64,000 nucleotides of DNA, from assembly GCF_006345805.1 (NCBI RefSeq), contig NC_043010.1:64232001-64296000 (forward strand). The letters are read 5' to 3'. Below the pieces are notes generated by a model. That model had not been told where the DNA came from. It made no database searches and worked only from the letters and a program-made list of their open reading frames with translations. Source of the stretch: Octopus sinensis (lineage: Eukaryota). A program made the translations under genes and the position numbers. Positions 27,749-40,909 of the stretch are shown here, one piece after another (the stretch's first letter is position 1; each line of letters starts with the position of its first letter).

Positions 27749-30280
27749 AAATTGACAGGAAAATTTGCAAGCTACTGACTTGTAATAAGATGCACCATCC
27801 AAAGGCAGACGTGGATCGCCTTTACCTTCCCAGAGCTCAGGGAGGTCGAGGTTTGATCCAGCTTGAACTTACATACAAAACCACCACAATCGGATTGGCC
27901 AAATACCTTGAAGCAACCAACGATTGGATGCTAAAACTTGTAAAAAACATGAAAGGCCTAAAAAACTTCACTCTATTCTCAAAGAGAGCAAAAAATTCGC
28001 TGCTGATCTCTTAGATACCCACCAGATTGAGCAGGCTGAAGGAAATGCGCCAACTACAGCTGTAATTAAATAAAATTAATTGCAAAGACAAAAGCACATG
28101 AAAATTTAGCTAGCAGATGGGAACAGAAACCTTTCCATGGCAAGTATGTGGCCCGTAGCAAACAAGCTGATGTCGACCAGAAACACACGCACCAATGGTT
28201 ACGAAGTTCAGGGCTAAAAGCAGAGAGTGAAGGTTTCATATTAGCTGCTTAGCGATTGGAAACTTCCCATGTCCTGATTGATGATACATCTAGTGATGGG
28301 AGTCACAATAAAAACACTTGTAATTGTGCAATCTGATAATCGCTATCTCATATGAGTGACGATGAAAAATATTGTGAATAACGGTAGTAATGAAACTGAA
28401 ATCCATGATTGTGACAGCGTTGCACTTGGCAGGCTCAGAGCTACAGGTCCGACTCCAGCCTGTCGTTATCCAGCAAGGGATCCGACCACACAGATTAGAT
28501 GGAACTAACAAATCAATGCTGTGGTCATGGAAAGTTACTACCTGAGCAACCCTGTAGACGAAAATGGTGTTCATATATTAGGGGATACCGACAACTTATG
28601 TATGATCAAGGAAGAGAGAGAGGATAGTTTCAATACACAGAACAGAGATTATGTGATCAAGATAGAGAAATAAGAAAAAAATCGTTGGTTCACGGAAGTA
28701 TAGCTCGAAGCTATCAAAAGACGGGTATTGGGAAACAGCAGTAGAGGAAACGATGAAAATGCTGTTCTTACCGATAAAAGTAATCTCATAGTAGAAAGCA
28801 GAGGTGAGATCTCTAATAAACCACAGGAAAGGAACAGTGATAACTTGCTCGATGAGAGACATGAAATTCTGAAATACACGAGAACAAAAAAACATTACAG
28901 AAACAAAAAATTTGATCAAGGCAGCAAGTATTGCTGTAGCAGAAAATGTAGATGATGATGTCAAGAAAAAGATATATAATGGGAGTGACAAAAGAAAAAA
29001 AATCCATGGTAGAAAAGAAGAATACAGGTGGGGTTAAATATGCTCCCGAAAGACATTACTGGTGAAACCGAAAAGAGAAGAGGTTACTTAAAAACGAATA
29101 AAAATACATGACACCGAACAGGAAGTATGATACTGAAAGAAAGGGCCTGAAAGTGGTAATAGAAGAACTGAAACAGCACTTCATTGCAAAGAAAGCAGAG
29201 ATGGTAAGATATGACCAAAGAATGAAGGGTTACCACCAGCATGGGTTATTCAGAGTAGATCAGAAGAGATTCCATAAAGGAATAAATGGAGAATGTACAG
29301 ATGAAAAGTTGATACCAGATAACAATGAAAGTCAAAGATGTTCGAGTGACATCTGGAGCAAAGATAAGGAGCACGAAAAGGATGCTGAATGGTTATGGTT
29401 GCAAGAACTGAAACAAACAGTAGTCTGTCCAAAACAGACAGGACTAGTCATTTCAGTACGGAAAGTGAAGGAAATAAGCAAAAAAAAAACAAAACAAAGA
29501 CCAACTGGAAGGTCCCGGGATCAGATGGAGTTCAAGGCTACTGGATCAAATGATTTGGTGAATGTCATGCACGAATAGCTGCACAAATCAACACCTTGTT
29601 AAATGCCGAACAAGTAACACCAGAGTGGTTGACATTGGGTAGGACAGTGCTGTGCTTGAAAAACATCGAAAAAGGCAATATGGTACACAACTACTGGACG
29701 ATATCTTGTTTGCCACTTACGTGGAAATTATTAACTGGAATACTCGCAGAGTCAATGTACGAACATCTGGAAAAAAATTTGGAGTCCTGCCACATGAGCA
29801 GAAGGGTTGCAAGCTTAAGTGCAGAGGTACCAAGGATCAACTCCTGATAGACAAAACTGTTCTTAGAGACTGTAAGAGGAGGAAAAGTAACTTAGCCATG
29901 TCATGGATCGACTGTCGTAAGGCGTACAATATGATCCTACATTCTTGGATTATGGAATGTATGAACCTATTTGGTATTGCATCGAATGTTGAGCGATTGC
30001 TTGGAAAAAGTATGGTGAATTGGAGGACAGACCTGGCAGCATACAAAAGAAGTTTAGGGAAAGTAGAAATCAGAAAGGCATCTTCAAAGAGGACTGCCTG
30101 TCTCCATCGATCTTTGTACTGTGCTTGATACTACTAACACTGATTCTCAGGAAAGCAAAAGCTGGGTATGTATTCAAAAGCCAGCAACAAATAGTCAACC
30201 ACTTGTTATTCATGGATGACCTCAAACTTTATGGTAAAGATGAAGCCCAAGTCAGTTCCCTCGTTGATACGATGTACTAG
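27745..30280 (+). mobile_element. Fragments of two R4/Dong-like RT elements (also 44835-46583 and 62933-64000)
   Basis: HHPKADVDRLYLPRAQGGRGL, CRFC..HLISGC, YKARHDRV, KPDIII; second piece [30 protein letters not shown]. Begins directly after an (AAT)n tract. Confidence 0.85.
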
Positions 30281-30744
30281 CAAGTTGAGCGATTGCTGAG
30301 AGATTTGGCTTTCGTATTTGTTTGTATATCATTGCTTTTTTGTTGCTGATGATGTTATTTGCATTTGGGTAAACTCAGATCGAGAAGGCAGTCCCATGTT
30401 ATTCAACCACTATTACTGCTGTTGTTTATATTCTGATGAATCCTGACTGATTAGAAAGATCTACGGTTATAGATATTCCACCCGTGGCCATCTTAAGAGA
30501 TATTTAGGTCTCCATTGTTTAATGTTTCTTGTTTGTAGTCTAACAGGGTATTGTTTGAGGAAGATTTGGTTGCTGTTACTAGCAGATCAATCGAAAATAT
30601 TGAGGCGCCGTAGTTGGTTAAACGATTTCCTATTATGGTTGTCTTGGTCATCAGTCATTGAATGATTTTTTTCCATCGTTTCATTTATGAAACGAGTTCT
30701 TTACTGTTTTACGCAATATAAGATATAATACGTTTGTTTCACAG

Positions 30745-30879
30745 TCTGCCAAGGAGGCACATATGGACTACGTTGCACCAAAAGATGTAACTGTATGAAT
30801 AATGACGCCTGCAACCCGATTCATGGCGCATGTCCTAGAGGCTGTGCAATGGGACGCATGGGTTCCGACTGTCAGCAAA
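30745..30879 (+). CDS. EGF-like exon C1
   Basis: tttcacag acceptor, A|gtaagt donor, 135 nt. (F)CQGGTYGLRCTKRCNCMNNDACNPIHGACPRGCAMGRMGSDCQQ. Confidence 0.9.
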
Positions 30880-31885
30880 GTAAGTATACGTCTATACTAA
30901 TAATCAAACTATTTCCCCACAACTCACACACATGATCTGTTCTTAACTTTAATTAAGTGGGATACAAGTGCATAAACTCATTCAAAAATTCTAACTATTT
31001 GATATTGAGATGTCTTACTTAAAATTTTGATTGTTATAATCTTACTTTAACAATGTCTATCTCTCCTATATACATGTATTGTATATAGGTATTGTATATA
31101 TACATGTATTGATTAATTCAAGTTGCCGTACTCTCTACAAGAGCATAAGTATATAAATACTTATTTTGCTAAGTATTGAGTTATGTTGAACTAGCACTAT
31201 GACCTGGCAACGCTGGGTCATAGTGCTAGTGCATGCATATACAGCTGCGTGCGTGCACACATACACGCGAGTACTGTCCAAATCTCCGACCAATCACATA
31301 CAGCTAGCTGGCATTCAATTGGCGTATCAAGTTTCGGGCATTTTGATTGGGTTTTGGAAAGAAAATTCACAAAAAAGTCACTTCTATTGATTTTTTAATG
31401 GCTTTACAGGGTGACTGGGGAAATGTAAAGATGTGCTCGACTAGCCTTGGACGGTTTTGAATGACCATAGAAAGTGCGAGCCCTCTAACTGAAAAATTGT
31501 GGATTTGTATAAAGGACACGCACGCAGACATTTTGCCGTTTATATATATAGAGATTATTAATGAAAACTGAGGGAAGTAAATGTGAACAACAGACATGTT
31601 TAACATCCTAGAATTTGTGGAAGTAACACCCACACAGGTTAAGTTACCTCTCCGTATCTAATGCACTCAGTACATAAATATTTTAATGATGATAAAGATG
31701 ATCATGTTGTTGTTGTTGTTCCTCTTCTTGTTCTTCTTTATGTTCAAATTACCCCCAAGTCGACTTTGCCTTTTATCCTTTCAGGGTCGATAAAGTAAGT
31801 AGTCGTTGAGTACTGAGGTCGATGAAATCAACTCATCACCTACCCCGAACTTGCTGTCCCTGTTGCAAAATCATCGTTATCGTCG

Positions 31886-32032
31886 TCATGATCATGATCA
31901 TCATCATCATTATTATCATTATTATTATTATCATTATCATTATTATCATTATTATCATTATTATCATTATTATCATTATTATCATAATTATCATTATTAT
32001 CATTATTATCATTATCATTATTATCATTATTA

Positions 32033-32085
<53 letters not shown>
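31886..32085. repeat. (CATTATTAT)n/(TAT)n microsatellite, much shorter in copy 2 (about 48176-48243)
   Basis: Read directly from the sequence. Confidence 0.95.
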
Positions 32086-32309
32086 GTGGCGAGCTGGTAG
32101 AATCATTAGTATGCCGAGTAAAATACTAAGTAGTATTTTCGTTCGACCTTATGTTCTGAGTTCAAATTCCGTCGAAATCGATTTGCCATTTCATCATTTC
32201 GTGGTCAATAAATTAAGTATCAGTTGAACACTGGGGTCGATGTAATCTATTTACTCCCTTCCCCGATCTTGCTGGCCTTGTGCCTAAATTTGAAATAATC
32301 ATTATCATT

Positions 32310-34355
32310 ATAGCAAATGCATATATCGCCTCGGTGGTGTACTATCGCCAAACTGTCGTACCTGTCCTAAGACAACCTAGACCAGATTGAATTGCTTATT
32401 CTTTTAATTGTTATGGTCAGAAAAACCAATTGATGCCGGCATTCACACTGTGGTGGTCTTGGGATGACATCTTTGAGGATGAGGTGCCAAGTCTTAAAGC
32501 TGTATCACCTACAGAGATGTGTAAATCACAGCGATGATGTGAACGACGGCAGGGAAAATAAGAACGAGCTTTTCTGCAGCATTTCTTGTTGACAGAACTC
32601 TAGTCGTGGATCAAACGAAGACCAAAGTTGAGTATTTGGCATCTAGAATATTGCCAGGAACTCACTGAATTGCATTAGCTGCACAAAACCGTTAACGGGA
32701 AAACACCTCAAGATTTCTGGGGCATGGGGCTAGTTGAGGGTGTGAGCGATGATGGTTTAGGATTGAATCTAGGCCTTGACAGAAGATCTTCGGGTCGAAG
32801 ATCATGGACACTTTCTAAAAGTCTTTGGTATAGCAGTACTACAGTGAGACATTGCCTGTTAGAGAATAACTCTTCAGGCATGGAAGATCCAACAGCCGAG
32901 CCTGCTTGAGGTGCATGCAGGGGGACGAAACCGTCTTGCATGGAATAATTCAGTGTCCGTACATTGGAGAAAGAAATAATATCTGACATTCAGCACATCT
33001 CGAGAGCCAAGCAATTTGTGCGTATTTAATTGCTCTTCAAGATTGAAGTTCTGGCCGTCAAATACTCTGTGGCTCCCTGTTGGAGCGAAAGACATCTTCT
33101 CTATCCATCGTATTAGGAAGGAGGACTGTGAGAGTGAAGATCTCAAGAATTCCACCTGAGTTAAATTTATGGTGGATTTTAGCGTGCGTCGTATTGGGAG
33201 GGGATAACAGCCACCTGGAGGTGAAGCAAACCCGTCGTGGAAATTGGTCTAGGATTAGTGTGAAGGTACTACTCTACATTAAACCAGACACAATCCACAA
33301 GATCCCAGATCTCTTTGGTATTCTTGGAGAAGAAGTGCTGCATCTTACAGTTGATGTTAGAAGGCCATGGCACCACCTACGTGGAGGTTGGGGGGTTGGC
33401 CACTTGAAAGCTTTCTCTTCTAAACAGAAGATAGGGAACAATAGGGCCTACTTATTGTCAATACCAGGTCCCCATAGGCCACAAGTCAGCTATCAGCGAA
33501 CAACAATAAAGGCTGCAACAACTCTGGAAACAACAGCATCATCAACAAGAACAACAAAATCAGCAAATGCTGGAAGAAACCAAGGAATACAACAACATCA
33601 ACAATACCAATAACGCGAGTAACAGACGCACCACCACCACCACCCTCAGCAGAAAGAATAATTATAACGTACACCCGACACTCAGGGTGTCCCTTTCAAC
33701 GAAGCCCGGCCTCTCCATCTCCTTTAAGGTCAAATACATACAGACTTGCACTCTGATTCTACAGATACTGATACCTCTGCAACACAAAGTGAAAACGAGG
33801 GAGAAACCCCACCTGAAAAAGAAATATAAAAAGCATAAAGTATCATTCCCCTCGCCAACGCATGCCAAAATCCTTGAAAATATGCTCACAACATCCACAA
33901 ACGCACCTACAGCAACGCCAACCTCTCTTGTACTACGATTACCAACACATCCACTGCTATTACAACCATCTCCACCAATACTAGCACCACTGCATCAATT
34001 CACAAAAAGAAAACACCCCAAGCAATAACAACCAATCACAAACACAAAACTTAGTGCTAGTGAGGAGGGTTCTCACAGCATGAAGAAAAGAAATATATAT
34101 ATATATCCATTTATATATATATATATATATACATTTATATATATATATATATATACATTTTTTTTCTCTCCTTGTTTTTGCTGTGTCCCTTTCTGTAGAA
34201 GAGCGTAGGCTCGAAACGTAAAAGATTTTTTCTGTTCCTGAGCGTTATACTAATACATCTGTTTGTTTTGTACACCACCTGTCTTCGTCTTTTGTTTTTT
34301 TCGTAAACTCTCCCTATATATCTATATATATATATGTATATATATATATGTATAT

Positions 34356-34398
<43 letters not shown>

Positions 34399-35010
34399 GA
34401 GAGGGTGAGAGGGTAAGATCGTCGGCGCCACCACCGTTCTAGTGACAGAAACATTAATGATAGTGCGTATGACTGTGGAAACATGTAAAAGCATTAGGGA
34501 ACTCCTAATGTAAACTCTACGGATTGGCAACTCCTAATGTAAAAGCCATGAGTAGGCCTTTAACAGGGTTCCCAAAGGAACCCTAAGATATGGAAGTTGA
34601 ACCACCTGACCTTCAGTGGTACTTGGTGAGTATGTAGGCCTAAGTTTTTCTTCAAACTCTTTCCGATCATCATGGTGGGCTTAAGAGTGAGTTGTACAAA
34701 TGTTCATGACTTGTGGTCGTTCTGGAAGCAAGGTTATCTGCTCAAAGACCTCAGGTTACTAATTACGGATGTGACGGCCATCAGCGAAACCAGGACTTCT
34801 TACGCAGCGATCTAACACCTATTTTCAACAATTTTAAGATTTACGCATCTTTTGGCTTGGAATGGGAAAAGGAGCGGCAGTGCTGTTTAGCAAAGGCCTG
34901 CATTTCGAAGTACGGCAGATCCTCCTGGGCCCGGATGGTAAGTTGATGGCCCTAGATGTAAGCAATGGCGAAGGTAGTGTTTTTAGATTAGTCGCTCTGT
35001 ACATCCCAAC
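32310..35010 (+). mobile_element. Patchwork of L1/Tx1-like fragments (ORF2 CCHC end, ORF1-like piece, APE start); copy at about 48460-51170
   Basis: ACLRCMQGDETVLHGIIQCP (CCHC) at about 32900-32960; RTVRVKISRIPPE; GAAVLFSK..GKLMALDV..FRLVALYIP. Confidence 0.6.
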
Positions 35011-37410
35011 TGTTTCACTAATGGTAACCACATCTAAATCAAGAAACCTGAGATCGTTGAGTAAGTGTCCTTGCTTCCAAGCTGATCCCAAGCCACGCAC
35101 GTTCACGCCCCAACTCTCATTATAGTCGTGCTAGTTGCAGAAAGAAAAAGAGGTCGCTCACCTTGATTTTCGAGAATCGCGGAAGTTTCGGGCCTCTCTA
35201 TTGGCAAATGTTCTTTAAAAGCCTTTTGTCAATTGATTTTTAAAAATCCCACACTAATTAGGAATTTTTTGCTGAGTGTTTTTAAATGTCTGAAGACGTT
35301 TTAACTAATAATCTGTCCTTCGGAGTTTGAAGATGAAATCTTTAAATTCCTTTCCCTGTGTCGTAGTTTTGATTTTCTTTTCATTTACACAATCCATCAA
35401 TTCACTGTTGCATTTGTTCACAAAGTGAAATTGATGGATACGTTTCGGCTAAAATTGAAAGTATTTTCTTGTTTTTGCAGTTTCATTATTGGCTGTTTCT
35501 ATGTTTTCAAGTTATTGTTGAAGATGCTCCTGTTTTGTAAAAGTTATCGTTGTTATTTTTGTTGGAGTGGTTGCGAATTGGGTTGCAAGTGGGTGTTGAC
35601 TAGATGAAATCTTTAAATTCCTTTCCCTGTGTCGTAGTTTGATTTTCTTTTCATTTACACAATCCATCAATTCACTGTTGCATTTGTTCACAAAGTGAAA
35701 TTGATGGATACGTTTCGGCTAAAATGAAAGTATTTTTCTTGTTTTTGCAGTTCATTATTGGCTGTTTCTATGTTTTCAAGTTATTGTTGAAAGATGCTCC
35801 TGTTTTTGTAAAAGTTATCGTTGTTATTTTTGTTGGAGGGGTTGCGAATTGGGTTGCAGTAGTGGTGTTTGACTTTCGTCTTGCTGTGTTCTTGAGCAGG
35901 TGTATGTACTTTCCTCCCTTTTCGTCTCTTCTTTTTTTTTGTGTTAATGATACATTATTCGGTCTGCTCTTCTCTCTCCATATCATTGCTGTTGATGTTG
36001 GTTTGGGAGGCAGGTCGTCCAGGTGAAGCTTGATTTCCATGGTAGCCGGGAGTAGACTTCTTTGTATTGGTGTGGGTGAAGGAATCTTGAGCATGTCTCC
36101 ATGATTTTGTGTTTGTGGTGCTGGTAGAGGTGGGAGTTTTGTTTTCCTTGCTTGAGGGCAGAAAGCCTTTAAATGAGTCATATATATGGCATCTTGGTTT
36201 TCTACCCTCCATTAACACTGACAGGTGAGTACCATCCGGGAGGCCTATTAGGTGAGGTAGCTCGTCGATATAGGTTTGCATACATTGTAATGTTAGTTTC
36301 ATACCTATACATGACCAGTTTTGTTGAGGTATTTTCTTTACCTCCAAGATAGTCACGTTGTCTTCCTCTATTCTTGCCAAGACGGCGGCCACTAACCATC
36401 TGGCGATGGATATTTCTGGTGATATTTCATGTTCATCACCACAGCTTTAGCAAGGTGTTAGCTGCAATAGCTTCAATCGTCCCAAATTTCTTTCCTCGGA
36501 TGATGTGGGTCTTCTGTTGTCATGCACATTCAAAGCATTTCTGGATTTGGCTTTCAGAAACATTTTCCATTCGGAGCGATTTTACTCCAATGCAGCAGTA
36601 TGTAACCGAGTATCTTAAGATGTTTCCGATCACGTCGAGTGGAGAGTTTTGGGCAACTTTTCTTCCATTTCTTTGAACGATTTTTTGGGCCAATTTCAAT
36701 TCTTTTTTGTCGATGGGGAAATCTTCAAGATTTCTCGTAGCATTTAGAAAAAAAAAAATAAAATAAAAAAAATCCCAATTCCAGGATCCCTTGCTGCTTT
36801 GCGGCTGCAGCGGAGACTGTTGTGGCGTCTATGGCGGTAGTGATGTTCATGTTTCCTTTAAATTTTCTGTTTATCTTTCCTTCTTTAACTTTCACTTCGT
36901 TATTATCGGTATTGCTGTTGACGTTGTTGTTGTCGTCATCGTCGCCGTCGTCTTCGTATGTTTTCTTTAATTGCTACTTCACTGTTTCAGCATTGTTTAG
37001 AGACGAAGATGTATTCAACTCGGTTTTCTTTTTCGCTGGCACGGTGGTCACATACTGTAGTCAATGGTATGCCAGTATTCTCTTTTTTCTCCGACAAGGA
37101 ATGCATCCCATCGTCGAACATTATAATGACTTCTTTATCGGCCATGTTTCAATATATATGGAAAATAAGAAAATATTTGTCTTCTCCATTAGTTGGCAAA
37201 AAAAAAAAAAATTAATGCGCATCTCCCGCAAAACAGAATGCATTTCTAAGCAAAAATACTATTATCGCAGTCCAGGCAATGTCAGAAACAAGGTGGTGAT
37301 AAAAAAAAACGAAAGAACGGTGCCTTAGAATTCCGAAAAAATTATGAACACTACTACAACTTAGTGAGCTTCGAGTTACCGTGTCTCCCTAGTAGGGCGG
37401 CCATAAAAAT
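35010..37410 (-). mobile_element. 5' part of an L1/Tx1-like element (ORF1-like region + APE start); the copy at about 51170-55690 is interrupted by a CR1
   Basis: EGRKPRCH (zinc-knuckle start) and NVRGLGSAWKQGHLLNDLRFLDLDVVTISET (APE N-terminus). Confidence 0.65.
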
Positions 37411-39823
37411 TATACTTATAAGAATATATAGCTGTTGGAATTTATATTCTCACTCAATCTTAAAGTGCAAACACAACTATGAAGACATTAAACATTCATT
37501 TTCAGCCATAGGTGTCATACTTCGAAAAATTTGGGAGATATCAGTATCAGTCGATTAAACCAATTCCGGTATTGGTAAATTTTTTTTAAATTTATTATTC
37601 TAATGAAGAGTTAACTTCAGACGTAAAGGCCAAAGCTAAATACTGCAAGGATTTTGCAATACACTGCAACAATTCTTTCAATTTAGTATCTTTTTCTACG
37701 TCTCATCAAAAGGAAAACAAAAAGAAATCAACAAATTCATTATAAATCTAAATTATTTCATGAGGTATCAAAATTTCATCACGCAGCTGTAAAATGGTCT
37801 TGACATAGATCCACTGCAATGCTGAGTTAGTGACCAATTCGCAGTTGTGCGTCAATATGTTTAACATCACGTCAAATTTTATGAGATTTAACGGTTTTGT
37901 GTGCTCTAGATTAAATGGCTGTTCCATGATGTAATTGATTCAAGTTACTTTCTTGTACAACTAGGAAATATAAACAAATTAAACCAGAGGGATCTATTTT
38001 GTACTGACTTCCTTATTAAGTAAATGGATTTAGTTATGAATGAGAAATGCGATATTGATATTTTATCAATGTATTTCAATTTTGAATTTATTAAAGATAA
38101 ACGTACCTTATTTCTTCTTCAATCAATTTTTTTTTTACATGTAATGCTAGTAAATAAAGGAAGTACTTTATATCAAGTACATCATTTTGTCTTTTCTGCT
38201 TTAAAATATTGTATTATTATCGTGGCACATCTAATTACACCTCGAGGTACATCATGGTATTGCAACGCCCAGTTTGGGTATTATTACAAGATTATTAAAA
38301 TTCGTAAAATAGAGAAGTTCATATATAGTAAAGAAAAGTAAATTTAGACATCAGAGAAGGTCAGTTTCCGAAGAAATAAAATACCTCTCCTAATTTCTCT
38401 GTCAAATTGGAGATAATGGATTAATCAACAAAGAGTTAATGACAGAGATTAGAAGATAGTTTAATCCGCCAAGTGTTTGGAAGAAAAGGATCAGATTTCT
38501 GAAGTCTGAGTGTCTGACTTGTAGAGCGGACAGTTTATAAGCAGACATAAGCGATTTTGTTGAGTAGTACTTAACAGGGGCAACTATTGGTATAGTAGTT
38601 ACTCAAAATATATGTTTAGATAAAAGTAAAGATTTTTGAAATATTTAAGCCATGAAATATAAGAGAAATTCAGTATAGTTACCACAAAGATCCGAACTGT
38701 ACCCATTCCTTTTAATCTTAAACTGCACATAACTTCCAATAACAGATATGCATCACTATCATATGTTACTTTCATTCCTCATTCTAAGTTAGCCCTAAAA
38801 ATGAAATCACTCCAAAGCTAGCGAAGAACAAACTGTGTTGGTACAGCAAAATCTAACCCTTACAATCTCTATAACTCCATTAGCAAACATTTGCATATAG
38901 AACGCCTTCACAACTACTGCAATATCAATCTCTCATACTCCTTCAAACATATCTGTTACACAGCCCAACACTGCTACAACACCAAAGGACCACGAAAGAA
39001 ATTTTGTAGGATTGATTGATTTGTTAAAAATAGCAGCCAAATGCCATTCAAATTGCATTCTCCATCTTAAAAAGATATTTTACACTTAAAACCAACAGCG
39101 AATGACGGAATACCTTAGATATCTGATCAAGGCTAACAGTGGTCGAAGCAACAACAATTTCAACACTATTCTGAAGAGAATATCCGTCCAGGGAAACACA
39201 CACACACAATCCTGACCAGCAAGAAATAGTAGCCAAATCTTCCTCAAATCACACACTACCCTCGTATACAAAGAAAGAATACATAAGATAATTTAGCTAT
39301 TCAGATACTGTATACACTCTCTGAAAATAAGCTGGGTGGTCATTGTTTTGGGGCCAAACAACTCCAAGAACCACCTTAAACGCTCCCTAGATTTCACATT
39401 TGTCCTTGAGGAGTTCATCACTTGAACCGACAAGCATACAAAAATAGACTGGGCAAAAAAAGAAACACATGTCCCAACTGACAATAATTCATATTCAGCA
39501 TGTATTAGTGCAAAGGCCCACCAAGTGGTGAAGGCTTCGTATATCAAGTGTAATAGATCTGTGACTTGCACTTACTCTTTCGATCAACTATTATAGATAT
39601 GCTCATCGTATCTAATTTTAAACTGAACTCTGCAATAACAGAAACAGCATTTGATAAATGGCATCGTAAGGAAATCCTTCACATAATTCTTTCGGTAGCT
39701 TTTAACTTGTCTCTTCTAATTCTTAATTCATGTAGTCAGTAAAGTGTATCTGATATTTTAAACTTCAACAGAGTCTGTTTAACATCAAATCTGGTGGATA
39801 TTAAAAGAAATTGTTCTTTTCAG

Positions 39824-39958
39824 GGTGTCCTGAGGGATCGTATGGTTCTGGCTGTAAAGAGAGATGCACCTGTCCTTTTCGTTGGAATTGCGACAGAGTC
39901 AATGGAAAATGCCCCCATGGATGTCCAGCTGGTTACAAGGATGGCACTTGTAAAATAG
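39824..39958 (+). CDS. EGF-like exon A2
   Basis: ttcttttcag acceptor, G|gtaaaa donor, 135 nt. (R)CPEGSYGSGCKERCTCPFRWNCDRVNGKCPHGCPAGYKDGTCKI. Confidence 0.9.
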   Translation, partial: GVLRDRMVLAVKRDAPVLFVGIATESMENAPMDVQLVTRMALVK

Positions 39959-40777
39959 GTAAAATAATGTTTGCTTTCTGTTGTCATTGTGTATTGCAAT
40001 TGTTGCTCTTTTTAGTTATGTATTCTGAGATGCTAATACAAGATATAGCAAAGATTACCAACAAGGGTGACAGTACTGTGTGTGACATGGAACAGTGTAC
40101 TAACAATGTACTTGCTTTTTCAACAAAATATAAAAACAAGGGAGACAACAGGATATACAAACTAGAGAAACAACAGCCTAAGCTAACAACATAACAATGT
40201 ATACTAACAAGGGGTACAGCAAGGGGTACATCACAGGGAACGACAACTTGTGATGACAAGGGAAGTAATAACATGTATTGTCAACGTTGACTGCATAGTA
40301 TACTAACATGGGCGAAGAACGTGTGCTAACAGGGAAGATAACAAAGTATGCAAGAGTCGCACAGCGTGTACTAAGGAGGGAGATGGCAGAAGATTGTGTG
40401 CCTGAAGACATCTAACTAATTGTTTGAAATAGTCGTCTGTCTTATACATTTTTAGATTTCTGTTGGTTAAAGTTTTTGACTTTACAAAGTTTTGGGTTGG
40501 TTGATTTATTAAGAAGCTAGTTTAGCTTGTTTAAGGTTCGATTTCGATGCAAAAAAGTTTGGCAAATATCTTCTGTGAAAGTCCTGGTTTGATTCAAGCC
40601 TTGTGAATGAAACAAACCATCTGGAAGCTTCAGGAAAACTCTGTGAAATTTGCAAAAGAATATGTTTCTGTCTTCAGTTGGTGTCGACTATGATGCCAGT
40701 AATATTGTGTCACTGATATTTAAAAGGCAACAATAAATTCGTAAGTTAAAACGTGTTTCTTCTGGGTTTTTTTTCAG

Positions 40778-40909
40778 TATGCCCTAGAGGCACATATGGA
40801 TATGACTGTAAGGACACCTGTCATTGTCGTTACAACGTATGCAACAAACAATATGGTACTTGTAAGTATGGATGTGCTGTTGGATATCGGGGTATAACCT
40901 GTCAAGCAT
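40778..40909 (+). CDS. EGF-like exon B2
   Basis: ttttcag acceptor, T|gtgagt donor, 132 nt. (V)CPRGTYGYDCKDTCHCRYNVCNKQYGTCKYGCAVGYRGITCQA. Confidence 0.9.

Larger units (their letters stand above)
16170..37415 (+). repeat. Intragenic tandem duplication unit, copy 1 (exons A1, B1, C1)
   Basis: Long near-identical intronic matches to copies 2 and 3 (e.g. 19030-24197 vs 37735-42925 vs 56636-61763). A1 to A2 spacing is 18,695 nt. Confidence 0.92.

Noticed and set aside
31806-32129. Poly-His/Tyr, poly-Ile and poly-Asn ORFs
   Set aside because: Microsatellite frames; length is not conserved in copy 2 and no splice signals were found.
39811-40194. 127-aa ORF with an EGF repeat followed by a hydrophobic stretch (apparent TM segment)
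   Set aside because: Read-through past the A2 donor into intron. A one-base length difference after the donor puts that stretch out of frame with exon A in copies 1 and 3.
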